Assembly (NCBI GenBank): GCA_021463485.1
Contig: JAJTYJ010000003.1
Span: 23,292 to 87,291, forward strand
Direction: 5' to 3'
DNA from: a bacterium
Lineage (GTDB): Bacteria; Patescibacteriota; UBA1384; 2-12-FULL-50-11
Length of the DNA: 64,000 nt
The first letter of the stretch is position 1; every line of letters begins with the position of its first letter. The notes under the pieces were generated by a model. That model was not told where the DNA came from and searched no databases. It was given only the letters and a program-made list of their open reading frames with translations. Below, piece after piece: positions 47,825 to 58,093 of this stretch. The position numbers were made by a program, and so were the translations under genes.

Positions 47825-48250
47825 ATGCTATTTTTAGCTGCTGACCACGCCGGGTACGAAATGAAGGAATTTATTCGTCATAAATTGGCTACTCGTAACG
47901 TTGCGTTCGAAGACTTTGGTACGTTCTCAGACGAGCCTGTCGATTATCCTGGTTACGCTCATAAAGTGGCACGAGCCGTAGTAAAGCATAAGGGTCGAGG
48001 CATTCTTTTTTGCCGCTCGGGACAGGGTATGGCGATAGCAGCCAATCGGCACAAAGGCGCCCGTGCCTCGGTGGTCTGGAGTAAAGAAATCGCTCAAGAA
48101 ACCCGTGAAGATAACGACGCCAACATCCTTTCGTTGCCCGCTCGTTTTATCGATCAAGACACGGCGTGGGAGATCGTCTCAGCGTTTTTATCGACAACAT
48201 TTAGCCATGAAGACCGACACAAAAGAAGGATAAGCCAGCTTGAGCCATGA
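47825..48250 (+). CDS. rpiB: Ribose-5-phosphate isomerase B
   Basis: ADHAG, DYP, CRSGQG, RH.RR. Confidence 0.93.
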   Translation: MLFLAADHAGYEMKEFIRHKLATRNVAFEDFGTFSDEPVDYPGYAHKVARAVVKHKGRGILFCRSGQGMAIAANRHKGARASVVWSKEIAQETREDNDANILSLPARFIDQDTAWEIVSAFLSTTFSHEDRHKRRISQLEP

Positions 48251-48897
48251 GATCGAAATCACCAATTATCCCAGCAGTACTCACAACTAATATCGATGTG
48301 TTTTCTCAGCATTTAGAGTTTGCAAAAGAAGTCGGAAACTCGCTCCATATCGACGTGATCGATAACGATTTCTGTCAAGGAAAGTCGTTGGAAATTCGAG
48401 ATTGGCCGGAGCTGTTAATCGAATACACCGAAGCGCACCTGATGGTGCGTGAGCCGTTATCGTACTTAAGCGAATTAGCGGCAAAAAAAGTGACCCGTGC
48501 AATAATTCATATCGAGTCGAATTTCGACCTCATTGAATTAGCCGACCAAGCGAGACGGTTAGATATTTTGCTTGGCTGGGCGGTTAATCCAGACACAGAC
48601 TTAGATAAGTTGCGCAATTTCTATCCAGTCTCTAACTATATTCAACTAATGGGCGTTCAGCCGGGTCTTACCGGTCAGCCGTTTATCGACACAGTATACC
48701 CAGCTATTAGATATTTAGCGAAAAATCCTGCACGAAGGCTGATTGTATCTGTCGATGGTGGCGTAAGCCTCGAGACAACGCCGAAGTTAATCGCTGCCGG
48801 TGCCGACTATTTGGTGAGTAGCGCTGCCATTTTCGAGCGTGGTAATACTTGGAAAGCTAATTATGAGCAGCTGGAGCAAATAATTCATGACCGTTAA
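48247..48897 (+). CDS. rpe: Ribulose-phosphate 3-epimerase
   Basis: HIDVID, EAHLM, MGVQPG..GQ, VDGGV. Confidence 0.88.
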   Translation: MRSKSPIIPAVLTTNIDVFSQHLEFAKEVGNSLHIDVIDNDFCQGKSLEIRDWPELLIEYTEAHLMVREPLSYLSELAAKKVTRAIIHIESNFDLIELADQARRLDILLGWAVNPDTDLDKLRNFYPVSNYIQLMGVQPGLTGQPFIDTVYPAIRYLAKNPARRLIVSVDGGVSLETTPKLIAAGADYLVSSAAIFERGNTWKANYEQLEQIIHDR

Positions 48898-49729
48898 AGA
48901 ACTGCAGCTTAAGGCAACGGAAATTCGAACATCGATAATCGAGATGTTGCTTGAAGCTGGCTCAGGACACTCTGCGGGGCCTCTAGGAATGGCCGATATT
49001 TTTACTGCACTCTATTTTGAGGTAATGAATATCGATCCAAACAAACCTGATTGGGCGGATCGCGATCGCTTGGTGTTATCGTGTGGCCACATCTGCCCAG
49101 TACTGTACGCAACGTTAGCGTATCGCGGTTATTTCCCACGCAGCGAACTAATGACATTGCGCCGGTACGGCACTCGATTGCACGGACATCCGCACAATCT
49201 GGCGTTGCCGGGTATCGAGACATCTTCGGGACCGTTAGCGCAAGGCTTAAGCCAAGCCGTGGGGATGGCACTAGCTGCAAAAATGGACGACAAAAAGTGG
49301 CGGACGTATGCGATACTCTCTGACGGCGAGCATAACGAAGGCCAATTATGGGAAGCAATTATGTTTGCCGGCAAGAACAAATTAAACAATCTAACTGCGA
49401 TTGTTGACAGGAATAATATCCAGATCGACGGATTCACTGAGGACGTGATGCCGCTCGAACCGTTACCGGATAAGTACCGCTCGTTCGGTTGGTACGTCCT
49501 GGAGATCGACGGTCATAACTTTAACGAGATCATCGCCGCTCTTCGTCACGCCCGGGCGGTCTTTGAGAAGCCGACTGTCATTATCGCTCACACAGTCCCA
49601 GGTAAAGGGGTTGATTTTATGGAGAACGACTACCGCTGGCACGGTAAACCGCCGAAGGCAGATGAAGCGAAAATAGCGCTTCGCGAGCTCCGGACGCTAC
49701 GCGGTAAAATTATTGGGGAGCACGAGTAA
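48887..49729 (+). CDS. Transketolase N-terminal subunit
   Basis: SGHSAG, DRLVLSCGH, SDGE..EG. Confidence 0.93.
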   Translation: MTVKELQLKATEIRTSIIEMLLEAGSGHSAGPLGMADIFTALYFEVMNIDPNKPDWADRDRLVLSCGHICPVLYATLAYRGYFPRSELMTLRRYGTRLHGHPHNLALPGIETSSGPLAQGLSQAVGMALAAKMDDKKWRTYAILSDGEHNEGQLWEAIMFAGKNKLNNLTAIVDRNNIQIDGFTEDVMPLEPLPDKYRSFGWYVLEIDGHNFNEIIAALRHARAVFEKPTVIIAHTVPGKGVDFMENDYRWHGKPPKADEAKIALRELRTLRGKIIGEHE

Positions 49730-50706
49730 TGCGGTATTTGACGGATCTCGCTAGCTCATTCTCGAATTTAATACCGCCGCGTGATGGCTTCGGTGAAGCG
49801 TTGGTGGAATTGGGGAAAAATAATCAAAATGTTGTAGCGCTAACCGGTGATTTACTCGAGAGTACTCGTGTACAAGCGTTCGCCGAGAAATACCCTGAGC
49901 GATTTGTGGAGATGGGCGTGGCTGAGCAGAATATGGCGGGGGTTGCTGCCGGGATGAGTTTAGCTGGCAAGATTCCTTTTATTACCTCATACGCCGTTTT
50001 TTCGCCTGGACGGAATTGGGACCAAGTGCGTGTCTCGATTTGTTATTCGAAAGCTAATGTAAAGATAGTCGGAGCGCACGCCGGAATCTCCGTTGGACCC
50101 GATGGAGCGACGCACCAAGCCTTGGAAGACGTAGCAATAACAAGAGTTTTACCAAACTTAGTGGTGGTTGTTCCAACGGATAGTATCGAAGCTAAAAAAG
50201 CGACGTTAGCGATCGCTGAGCACGTCGGTCCGTGTTATATCCGCTTCGGTCGGGAAAAAAACCCTGTAATTACAACCGAGAAAACCCCGTTTATCTTAGG
50301 CAAAGCCTTACCGATGATTTCCGGTGATGACGTTACTGTTCTTGCCAACGGTCAGATGGTGGCTCGAGCGATCGAGGCGGCGAAACGTCTAGCAGCCCGA
50401 GATATCAGCGTTGGCGTCGTGAACGTTCATACGGTTAAGCCGCTGGATCAAAAGACTATTATTAATGTAGCGAAAGATACAGGCGCAATCGTCACCGCAG
50501 AAGAACATCAAAAAATTGGTGGCCTTGGCAGCGCAGTGGCTGAGGTATTGGGCGAACATTTTCCGGTACCAATGGAGCGAGTCGGTATTAACGATACATT
50601 CGGTGAGTCGGGCGAACCAAATACACTGATGGATCATTACGGTCTGGCGGTTGACGATATTATTAAAGCCGTTGAGAGAGTATTGGAGCGAAAGCATGCT
50701 CGTTAA
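49729..50706 (+). CDS. Transketolase C-terminal subunit
   Basis: GVAEQNM, GPDGATHQ, EEHQ..GGLG. Confidence 0.93.
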   Translation: MRYLTDLASSFSNLIPPRDGFGEALVELGKNNQNVVALTGDLLESTRVQAFAEKYPERFVEMGVAEQNMAGVAAGMSLAGKIPFITSYAVFSPGRNWDQVRVSICYSKANVKIVGAHAGISVGPDGATHQALEDVAITRVLPNLVVVVPTDSIEAKKATLAIAEHVGPCYIRFGREKNPVITTEKTPFILGKALPMISGDDVTVLANGQMVARAIEAAKRLAARDISVGVVNVHTVKPLDQKTIINVAKDTGAIVTAEEHQKIGGLGSAVAEVLGEHFPVPMERVGINDTFGESGEPNTLMDHYGLAVDDIIKAVERVLERKHAR

Positions 50707-51538
50707 TTGCAAACAAATTCTTACTAAAGCCGATCAAGAGCGCTACGCGATCGGTGGTTTTAATATCACCAGTCTTGAAACGGCACTTGGTATTATTCAG
50801 GCGGCTGAGGAGCAAAAATCGCCCGTAATATTACAAATTAGCGAGAAGACGATCGATTACATGGGTTTGGAAGTCGTAACTAGTATCGCCCGTACGTTGG
50901 CCGACCGCGCATCTGTGCCAATAGCGGTGCATTTTGACCACGGTCGGAACTTCGAGTTAGTTTGGCGTTCGATCGAGATCGGTTTTTCTTCCGTGATGCT
51001 CGACGTCTCGAAAATGCCGCAGGGCGAACGCATTCCGTTTGTTAAAGATTTTTCCCTGCGAGCGCATCAGCGAAACGTGACTGTCGAAGTTGAAGAAGAT
51101 GTAATCGGAGGACGCGAGGATTATATAGAAGGAAAAGGCTGGAAGTTTACCGATCCAAAGCGAGCAGCAATTTTTGCCAAAGAAACTGGTTGCGATATGT
51201 TTGCCGTTTCAATCGGCAATAGTCACGGGAAGGCGCTACCAGACGAAACACTTGATATGAAGTTGTTATCGGAGATCGACGCCGCTGTTTCGGTGCCGCT
51301 CGTGCTTCACGGGGCTTCCTCAACACCAGATGAGAAAATTCGTGATGCGATTAGTCGAGGCGTTCGGAAAATTAACATAGACACGGACCTGAGACTGGCA
51401 GTAAACGACGCGATCCGTGCTACGCTAAAAGACGAAGCTTTGTACGATCCCAGAGATATCCTCAAGAGTTCGATCGAAGTAGTAAAAAAAGTAGTAAGCG
51501 AAAAAATTCAATTATTTGGAAGTAATGGAAAGGCGTAA
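50696..51538 (+). CDS. fba: Class II fructose-bisphosphate aldolase
   Basis: HFDH, GNSHG, LVLHGAS, KINIDT. Confidence 0.92.
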   Translation: MLVNCKQILTKADQERYAIGGFNITSLETALGIIQAAEEQKSPVILQISEKTIDYMGLEVVTSIARTLADRASVPIAVHFDHGRNFELVWRSIEIGFSSVMLDVSKMPQGERIPFVKDFSLRAHQRNVTVEVEEDVIGGREDYIEGKGWKFTDPKRAAIFAKETGCDMFAVSIGNSHGKALPDETLDMKLLSEIDAAVSVPLVLHGASSTPDEKIRDAISRGVRKINIDTDLRLAVNDAIRATLKDEALYDPRDILKSSIEVVKKVVSEKIQLFGSNGKA

Positions 51539-52534
51539 ATGGTAAAAATTGCGATCAACGGTTTTGGAAGAATTGGGCGTACGGCGGCACGAATACTGCT
51601 AAAACAGTACGCAAATAAAGCAGAGCTAGTGGCGGTTAACGATCTAACGGATCCGAAAACACTGGCTTATCTTTTCACGTATGACTCAAATTATCGTCAA
51701 TTTGAGCACGCAGCCAAAAGCGATTCAGACGAGTTAATAATCGGCGACAAAAAGATTCGGGTTTACGCCGAGAAAGATCCGACAAAGTTGCCATGGGACG
51801 AACTTGAAGTTGATGTTGTACTCGAATGCACTGGACGGTTTACCGATGCCGATAGCGCTAACGGCCATATTAAGGCTGGCGCGCGCAAGGTTGTTATTTC
51901 GGCACCGGCAGAAAACGTACCGACGCACGTTATTGGTGTTAACGACGATAAAGTTGGTGATGCAGCGATAATTAATAACGCGTCGTGTACCACTAACTGT
52001 ATTACGCCTGTTGCTGCGATACTCCATAGCCACTTCGGGATCGCCAAAGCGATGATGACGACCATCCATTCGTATACGCAGGATCAGAATCTTCAGGATG
52101 GCCCGCATAAAGATTTACGTCGAGCGCGCGCGGCCGCTCAAAATATCGTGCCGACCACTACCGGTGCGGCTAAAGCAACAACGGAAGTTATTACCGAACT
52201 CAAAGGGTTATTCGACGGTTTGGCTATTAGAGTACCAACGCCGGTTGGATCGTTATCCGATTTCACGTTCGTCTTAAAGAAAAAGACAACAATTCAGGAG
52301 GTTAACGAAGTATTAACTGATGCCGCGGCGATGCCACGATTTCGCGGCGTATTAGAAGTAACCAACGAACCGATCGTTTCAACGGATATTATCGGTTCAA
52401 GTGCCTCAGCTATTGTCGATTTAAGCTTAACACAGGTTGTTGACGGCGATTTAGTAAAAGTGATCGCCTGGTACGACAACGAATTTGGCTACTCAAATCG
52501 TCTAGTAGAGATGGCGATGGAGGTGGGTAAATGA
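51539..52534 (+). CDS. gap: Type I glyceraldehyde-3-phosphate dehydrogenase
   Basis: INGFGRIGR, ASCTTNC, WYDNE. Confidence 0.97.
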   Translation: MVKIAINGFGRIGRTAARILLKQYANKAELVAVNDLTDPKTLAYLFTYDSNYRQFEHAAKSDSDELIIGDKKIRVYAEKDPTKLPWDELEVDVVLECTGRFTDADSANGHIKAGARKVVISAPAENVPTHVIGVNDDKVGDAAIINNASCTTNCITPVAAILHSHFGIAKAMMTTIHSYTQDQNLQDGPHKDLRRARAAAQNIVPTTTGAAKATTEVITELKGLFDGLAIRVPTPVGSLSDFTFVLKKKTTIQEVNEVLTDAAAMPRFRGVLEVTNEPIVSTDIIGSSASAIVDLSLTQVVDGDLVKVIAWYDNEFGYSNRLVEMAMEVGK

Positions 52535-53208
52535 AGCAGGGAACGTTCGAAGGCGCAACAATTACGGCACTCGGTCACGCAGGCTTCGTTATTGAGTTTG
52601 CCGAGAAGAAACTACGCATCGCCTTTGACCCGTACGATATCAAAGAAGAACAGCCAGTCGATTATATTTTTGTTAGTCACCAGCACTTCGACCACTGCGA
52701 CCCCGTATCGATTCGCAAATTATTAAAGAATTCGACACGTATTATCGCTCCGTCTTGCTGTGAGCGAGAATTATCAGAGTTTGGCCAACAATTAGAGCTA
52801 TTAAAAGACAAAGAAAAACACAAGCTTAAGCAATGTATCTACTGGGCGTTGCCGGCGTACAACGTCAATAAATTCCGAACGCCAAACGAAGTATTTCATC
52901 CCAAAGATATGGGTGGGGTTGGATTTGTTGTTGAAGTAGATGGCTTTCGTATGTACCACGCCGGTGATACCGACAGGATCCCAGAGATGGACGGTCTGAA
53001 AAAACTCGATTTAGCTTTTCTGCCGATTTCGGGAACGTTTGTTATGACGCTCGAAGAAGCGATCGAGGCGGCACAGATATTAAAACCGAAAATGGTTATT
53101 CCGATGCACTTCGGTAAACTTTTGGGGAGCGTCGGCGACGCTAACCGTTATCACAATATGTTGCGTGACTTAATTCCGGTAATGGTGTTAACTGACGCCG
53201 CGTACTAA
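52531..53208 (+). CDS. MBL-fold metallo-hydrolase
   Basis: SHQHFDH, YHAGDT, IPMH. Confidence 0.88.
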   Translation: MKQGTFEGATITALGHAGFVIEFAEKKLRIAFDPYDIKEEQPVDYIFVSHQHFDHCDPVSIRKLLKNSTRIIAPSCCERELSEFGQQLELLKDKEKHKLKQCIYWALPAYNVNKFRTPNEVFHPKDMGGVGFVVEVDGFRMYHAGDTDRIPEMDGLKKLDLAFLPISGTFVMTLEEAIEAAQILKPKMVIPMHFGKLLGSVGDANRYHNMLRDLIPVMVLTDAAY

Positions 53209-53244
53209 TTGATCTTTTAACACCAACGGAGTAAAATTTGGGGC

Positions 53245-54372
53245 ATGTCAAAAGCTGTTTACGCAGATTACGCCGCCATTACTCCGATCGACGATCGAGT
53301 TATTTTGGCGATGAACGAAGCGTCTGGGCAGTACGGCAATCCGTCGAGTCGGCACTTATACGGCCGAGCGTCGCGCCAATTATTAGATAAATCGCGACAG
53401 ACAGTTGCGCAATTTCTTAGTTGCTCAGATGCCGAAGTAACCTTCACAGCTTCCGGTACAGAGAGTAACAATCTGGCGGTACTGGGGATCGCTCGAGCAA
53501 ATAAAGCGAGAGGAAACCATATCGTAACGAGCTCGATTGAGCACCCAAGTGTTATTAACGCCTGTCGAGCGCTTGAACGAGATGGTTTTAAAGTAACATA
53601 TCTACCTGTTAACTCTAACGGTGTTGTAGATCCTGCCAAGTTACAAGAGGCACTGACCGATGAGACGATACTAATATCGATTCATTTAGCTAACTCTGAA
53701 ATCGGTGTTGTTCAGGATATACCGGCGCTCTCAGAAATTATTCGTACGCACTCGTCGGCGCGATTTCATACCGATGCTTGTCAGGCAGCTGCCTATACTG
53801 ATTTAAATGTTCAGAAACTCGGTGTTGATAGCTTAACGTTTAACGGCACTAAGCTATACGGTCCAAGAGGTATAGCGGCGTTATATGTGAAAGAAGGTAC
53901 TGATATTTTTCCGTTGGTCTACGGCGGCGGCCAAGAAAAGTCACTTCGCTCTGGTACGGAGAATGTTCCTGCAGTTGTTGGTTTTAGTGTGGCTCTGGAG
54001 ATAGCAGTTGAGAACCGTGATAGCGAAGGCCGACGAATTGAAAAACTTCGCGATATTCTACAAGAGCAGCTATCTCGTCAATTGAGTATATCTATTAACG
54101 CCAATCAAAGCCGACGATTACCGAATCATCTCTCGATTACGCTTGTTAATTGCCGTGAGAGCGACGTTGTTCGGGCGATGGACGAGCGTGGTGTCGCCGT
54201 TTCTTCCGGCTCTGCGTGTAGTTCAAAATCGTTAACTGATTCACATGTCTTAAAGGCGATCGGACTAACGAACGAGCAGATGAATCGTACGCTGAGGATT
54301 ACTCTCGGCCGCGGTACTATCGAGAGCGACATAGAAAAGATTGTCTCAGCTGTGGCCAAAATCAATCAATAA
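53245..54372 (+). CDS. iscS: Cysteine desulfurase (IscS/NifS type)
   Basis: GNPSS, SGTESNN, EHPS, KLYGP, SSGSACSS. Confidence 0.9.
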   Translation: MSKAVYADYAAITPIDDRVILAMNEASGQYGNPSSRHLYGRASRQLLDKSRQTVAQFLSCSDAEVTFTASGTESNNLAVLGIARANKARGNHIVTSSIEHPSVINACRALERDGFKVTYLPVNSNGVVDPAKLQEALTDETILISIHLANSEIGVVQDIPALSEIIRTHSSARFHTDACQAAAYTDLNVQKLGVDSLTFNGTKLYGPRGIAALYVKEGTDIFPLVYGGGQEKSLRSGTENVPAVVGFSVALEIAVENRDSEGRRIEKLRDILQEQLSRQLSISINANQSRRLPNHLSITLVNCRESDVVRAMDERGVAVSSGSACSSKSLTDSHVLKAIGLTNEQMNRTLRITLGRGTIESDIEKIVSAVAKINQ

Positions 54373-54384
54373 AAAAACCGCATC

Positions 54385-54972
54385 TTACGATGCGGCGAGC
54401 TCGGATACGACTCGTCGGCGTCCGAAGTCTACCAAACAGATGGCGTCGGCGACGTGCGGCGATTTAACCCGGTGTCCGACGATATCTGAAGCGTGAGATA
54501 CGGCGTACTCTTCGAGTGCTTTTTGGCCGCGGATATTGCCGTACGACTTTTTTAGAATCGTCCGCTGCCACTTCGTAGCGTCCACCATATCCACCAAGAG
54601 GTACGGTGACAACTCTGACAAGTACCGCTTCCAGTACCTTGTGATATTTGACAAGTACGGCGACTGGTTGAGTTTTTTCGATTTTGGCTCCCGACGAACG
54701 ATACGACGGGTCGGTTGCTCAACGTAGGAGTACCCCAATACCACACCATTATCGTGCTGTCCGATTTTGGTGACTGCCTGCTGTAGGACATTGCCAGGAG
54801 TAGAGTAAGCGACAGCCGCGCAGAACTCACCGTAACTACAATGGCGAACGTGGAAGTCGCGAGTTAGCTCGATCTGTCCGTGAAACATCACATCGTCTGG
54901 TCGCTGGATAGCGACACCGCAATATCGTGTTCCCGGATCGATGCCGATGATTAAAGGTTCGTTATTTCGGAT
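54385..54972 (-). CDS. Divergent RuvC-like (RNase H fold) nuclease, probable ATC start
   Basis: The frame upstream of the predicted GTG encodes IIGIDPGTRYCGVA; VEQP; HVADAI; SD GGAGGT 6 nt before ATC, with an in-frame TAG just upstream. Confidence 0.7.
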   Translation of the reverse strand: MRNNEPLIIGIDPGTRYCGVAIQRPDDVMFHGQIELTRDFHVRHCSYGEFCAAVAYSTPGNVLQQAVTKIGQHDNGVVLGYSYVEQPTRRIVRREPKSKKLNQSPYLSNITRYWKRYLSELSPYLLVDMVDATKWQRTILKKSYGNIRGQKALEEYAVSHASDIVGHRVKSPHVADAICLVDFGRRRVVSELAAS

Positions 54973-54999
54973 AGTCTAACCTCCAAAATTAATTGTAAC

Positions 55000-55028
55000 A
55001 GTATAGCTGTTGTGTTATTTGGGTTCAA
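55000..55028 (-). promoter_or_regulatory. Sigma70 promoter for the RuvC-like gene
   Basis: TTGAAC-N17-TATACT. Confidence 0.6.
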
Positions 55029-55068
55029 GACGTTATGGCTGTATTATAGGCAATAATGAAAGGGGAAA

Positions 55069-55653
55069 ATGTTAGAAGCTAAAACGTTCGAATCGATAAG
55101 GCAACTAGACGGAATCAGTGAGAGAACAATGTCCGAGCATTACAAGCTCTACGAAGGATACGTTAAGAAATTCAATGAAATTTCAGAGAAATTACTAACA
55201 GTGGATCTCGATGCGGCTAATCCGTCCTATAGTGAAGTAAGAAGTTTAAAAACAGAGTACTCATTTGCGCTAAACGGCGTTAAAAACCACGAGATCTATT
55301 TTGGTCATCTTGGAGGTGATGGTGCCGTACCGTCAGGCAGATTGTCCGAGCAGCTCACAAGAGATTTTGGCAGTTTTGAGAAGTGGCAGTCGGAAATGAA
55401 AGCAACTGCGATGGCAGCGCGCGGCTGGGCATGGTTGGTTTGGGATAAAGATCTTAAAAAACTTGTAAATATTTCCGGAGACACTCAGAGCACCTACTTG
55501 GTTTGGAACTGTGTACCGTTAGTGGCGCTAGACGTCTACGAGCACGCTTACTTTATTGATCACGGGATCATGCGACGTGATTATATCGATGCTTTCTTCA
55601 AGAATCTTAATTGGTCGGTAACTGAAAAAGCCTTTGATATGGCAATTAAATGA
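55069..55653 (+). CDS. Fe/Mn superoxide dismutase
   Basis: HYKLY.GYV, NHEIYF, GWAWL, DVYEHAY. Confidence 0.92.
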   Translation: MLEAKTFESIRQLDGISERTMSEHYKLYEGYVKKFNEISEKLLTVDLDAANPSYSEVRSLKTEYSFALNGVKNHEIYFGHLGGDGAVPSGRLSEQLTRDFGSFEKWQSEMKATAMAARGWAWLVWDKDLKKLVNISGDTQSTYLVWNCVPLVALDVYEHAYFIDHGIMRRDYIDAFFKNLNWSVTEKAFDMAIK

Positions 55654-55678
55654 TAAAGAATTTTCTGAGGCGAAGCCT

Positions 55679-56509
55679 ATGGTAGTTGGCGCTCACGTTC
55701 CGACAGCTGGCGGATTGAAAACTGCGCTCAAAATTGGGACAGAAATAGAAGCAGAAGCGTTGCAAATATTTCCGTCAGCACCGCTGCAGTGGAAAATACG
55801 AGGCTGGTCGGACGATGACTGTGCCGTTTTTAAAACTGAATGGCCAAAAAAATTTTCAGAAGTGGTGTTTCACGGTATTTACCTTACAAATCTAGCGGGT
55901 GCGTCTGCTGAAAATTTAGAAAAAACCAAAACCGCTCTTATAGATACGTTAACGCTAGCACCTAAAATTGGCGTTCGAGGCACGGTATTTCATCCCGGAA
56001 CCTACAACGGCGGTTTAGAGAAAAATGCGAGACAAATTAAAACACTAATTAAAGAGATACTTAACGCAACACCAAATGACTCATTACTGGTGTACGAGAA
56101 CTCTGCTGGCTCAACGATCGGCGCAACTTTGGAAGATTTAGCTTGGCTGATCGAAAACTCGAGCGACAAGAATCGTGTTGCAGTTTGTTTGGATACTTGC
56201 CACGCGTTTGCTGCTGGTTACGATATCACAACCAAAGAAGGATACGACGAATATATTGAGAAAGTCGACTCACTTATCGGCTTAGACAAGGTATTTTGCT
56301 GGCATCTGAACGATTCGAAATTTGGTCTTGGAGAAAAGCGAGATCGTCATGAGAATATCGGGCAAGGAAAAATGGGTGCCGAGCCATTCCGAATATTGCT
56401 AAACGATTCGCGGTGGGCGAACACCGCGGGATATCTTGAAGTACCGGGGTTTTCCGAAACTGGGCCTGATCTTAAAAACGTTACAATACTCAAGGATCTG
56501 CGCGCTTAA
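55679..56509 (+). CDS. nfo: Endonuclease IV
   Basis: GAHV, FHPG, ENSAG, CLDTCH, HLNDSK..DRHENIG. Confidence 0.92.
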   Translation: MVVGAHVPTAGGLKTALKIGTEIEAEALQIFPSAPLQWKIRGWSDDDCAVFKTEWPKKFSEVVFHGIYLTNLAGASAENLEKTKTALIDTLTLAPKIGVRGTVFHPGTYNGGLEKNARQIKTLIKEILNATPNDSLLVYENSAGSTIGATLEDLAWLIENSSDKNRVAVCLDTCHAFAAGYDITTKEGYDEYIEKVDSLIGLDKVFCWHLNDSKFGLGEKRDRHENIGQGKMGAEPFRILLNDSRWANTAGYLEVPGFSETGPDLKNVTILKDLRA

Positions 56510-56597
56510 CGCGATTATCTAATTGTCTTTATATAAATAAAACTATTTGTTACAGTGACGGCGTATCGCTTTGGCGATGCGCGCACATGAGGAACTT

Positions 56598-56957
56598 ATG
56601 GATGGAGAACGATTACGTTTCAATCAAGAAACGCTCAACGGTCTTACCAACGCATTTCGTGGTGTTCGGTCCGATGTCGAAACGAGAGTTCTAATCGGCC
56701 TTGACCGCGTAATCATGACTCCGCAATCAAGCCCAGATCAGTCCGAACTCGTCGCAGCGATTAGGGCTTCAGAGGAATACGTTGTGATTCGTCGCGAAGG
56801 ATTCCCGGTCATCGGCGTTGAAGTCGAGGTAGGTGGACAGCAGCTACAGATCTTCCCAAACCGTGAACGGGGCAACACCAACTTGGTGAACTTCATCACG
56901 ATTCAAAAGGCAGATAAGGAGTTTGCTGGTCAACTAATGGAATGGGCTGCGTCTTAG
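56598..56957 (+). CDS. Hypothetical protein
   Basis: GAGGA before MDGERL; terminator TTGTGCC..GGCACAA plus T tract. Confidence 0.5.
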   Translation: MDGERLRFNQETLNGLTNAFRGVRSDVETRVLIGLDRVIMTPQSSPDQSELVAAIRASEEYVVIRREGFPVIGVEVEVGGQQLQIFPNRERGNTNLVNFITIQKADKEFAGQLMEWAAS

Positions 56958-57026
56958 ATCTTTACCGTTGTGCCCATGTGGCACAATTTTTTTGTTTTGC
57001 TACTATAAAATTCAAAGGAGTTAAAA

Positions 57027-57446
57027 ATGGTTGATGCTTCAAATATCGCAATTAACTGGTGGGCAATACTTGCCTGCGGTGTTGCTTCGATGGTAATTGG
57101 ATTTATTTGGTACATGCCGAAAGTAATGGGAAATATGTGGATGGCAGCGATTCAAAAAACGCCGGAGGATGTTGCTAAAGGCTGGCAGCCGTCGATGTTT
57201 CTAAAAACGTTTGCGCTGGCGTTACTCACAGCTTATATTCTTTCGCATTTTACTCAGCTCGTGCGCGCAGACACGTTCGCAAATTATCTTACTACGGCGT
57301 TCTTTATCTGGCTGGGGTTCGTCTTTACGGTTATGGCAATGAATATTATGTACGAAGGCAAATCTTCGAAACTCCTTGTCGTTAACGGTTTGTATCAGCT
57401 CATCACGCTCCAAGTGATGGCCGCCATTCTCTATTACTGGCAGTAA
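57027..57446 (+). CDS. DUF1761-family membrane protein
   Basis: INWWAI..GFIWY.P..G..W. Confidence 0.8.
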   Translation: MVDASNIAINWWAILACGVASMVIGFIWYMPKVMGNMWMAAIQKTPEDVAKGWQPSMFLKTFALALLTAYILSHFTQLVRADTFANYLTTAFFIWLGFVFTVMAMNIMYEGKSSKLLVVNGLYQLITLQVMAAILYYWQ

Positions 57447-57481
57447 ATAAAAAAACCGCCTCGGCTGAGAGCCGGGCGGTT
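57447..57481. terminator. Terminator between convergent genes
   Basis: A tract followed by CCGCCTCGGC..GCCGGGCGG. Confidence 0.7.
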
Positions 57482-57490
57482 GGAACGTTC

Positions 57491-57961
57491 TCAGGTTCTT
57501 TGGAACCCAATAATCCGTGACGCCTGTTGCATGCATCCTGCTTTAATCCTCCGTAGCCAACTTGATCCAAGTGAGATTTCAGGATCAACGAACGTTCGTA
57601 CCCACACGGGCGTCTGACTTTTTGGCTCAGCCGTCATCTCTTTGCCATTCCAGCTGTAGACGACGGCGTGGCTTTTGTTCCCGGTTGCGACCGTAACCAT
57701 TGTCGGTGCTTCCGATGACCAAAAGTTTAGCCTGATTGTCAGTCGATTCCCCAGAGCGGTAACGAGGGCGAAGCTCAAGTCTCCAGTACGCTGGTCGCTT
57801 GTAACTACAATTCCTCGTTCCTTAGCAGCTCGTTGTAGTTCCCACAAACACTTGTCGGCGATAGGAGGACTGCTGTCTGACACGGTAGTGATGTTAAAGG
57901 CGCTGGCGATGAACCTTGCGGCCGCCACCAACGCATCGTTGTTGTGAAGCCGGTAGGCCAT
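57491..57961 (-). CDS. Hypothetical protein
   Basis: SD GAGGTG before MAYRLH. Confidence 0.5.
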   Translation of the reverse strand: MAYRLHNNDALVAAARFIASAFNITTVSDSSPPIADKCLWELQRAAKERGIVVTSDQRTGDLSFALVTALGNRLTIRLNFWSSEAPTMVTVATGNKSHAVVYSWNGKEMTAEPKSQTPVWVRTFVDPEISLGSSWLRRIKAGCMQQASRIIGFQRT

Positions 57962-58093
57962 AATTTTCACCTCGCGTGATGCGATTGGCATATAGTATAG
58001 CAATCATATGTGGCTAAATCAATTTACTTATCACAAATTTTTCGCTAACTTTTAACAAAGAATTGTATTCGCATACTCTAAAAAGGAGGAGAA

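Noticed and set aside
54385-54972. RuvC-like protein as TnpB/Cas12/IscB
   Set aside because: Only about 195 aa, with no Zn ribbon or HNH and no room for an omega RNA or array.
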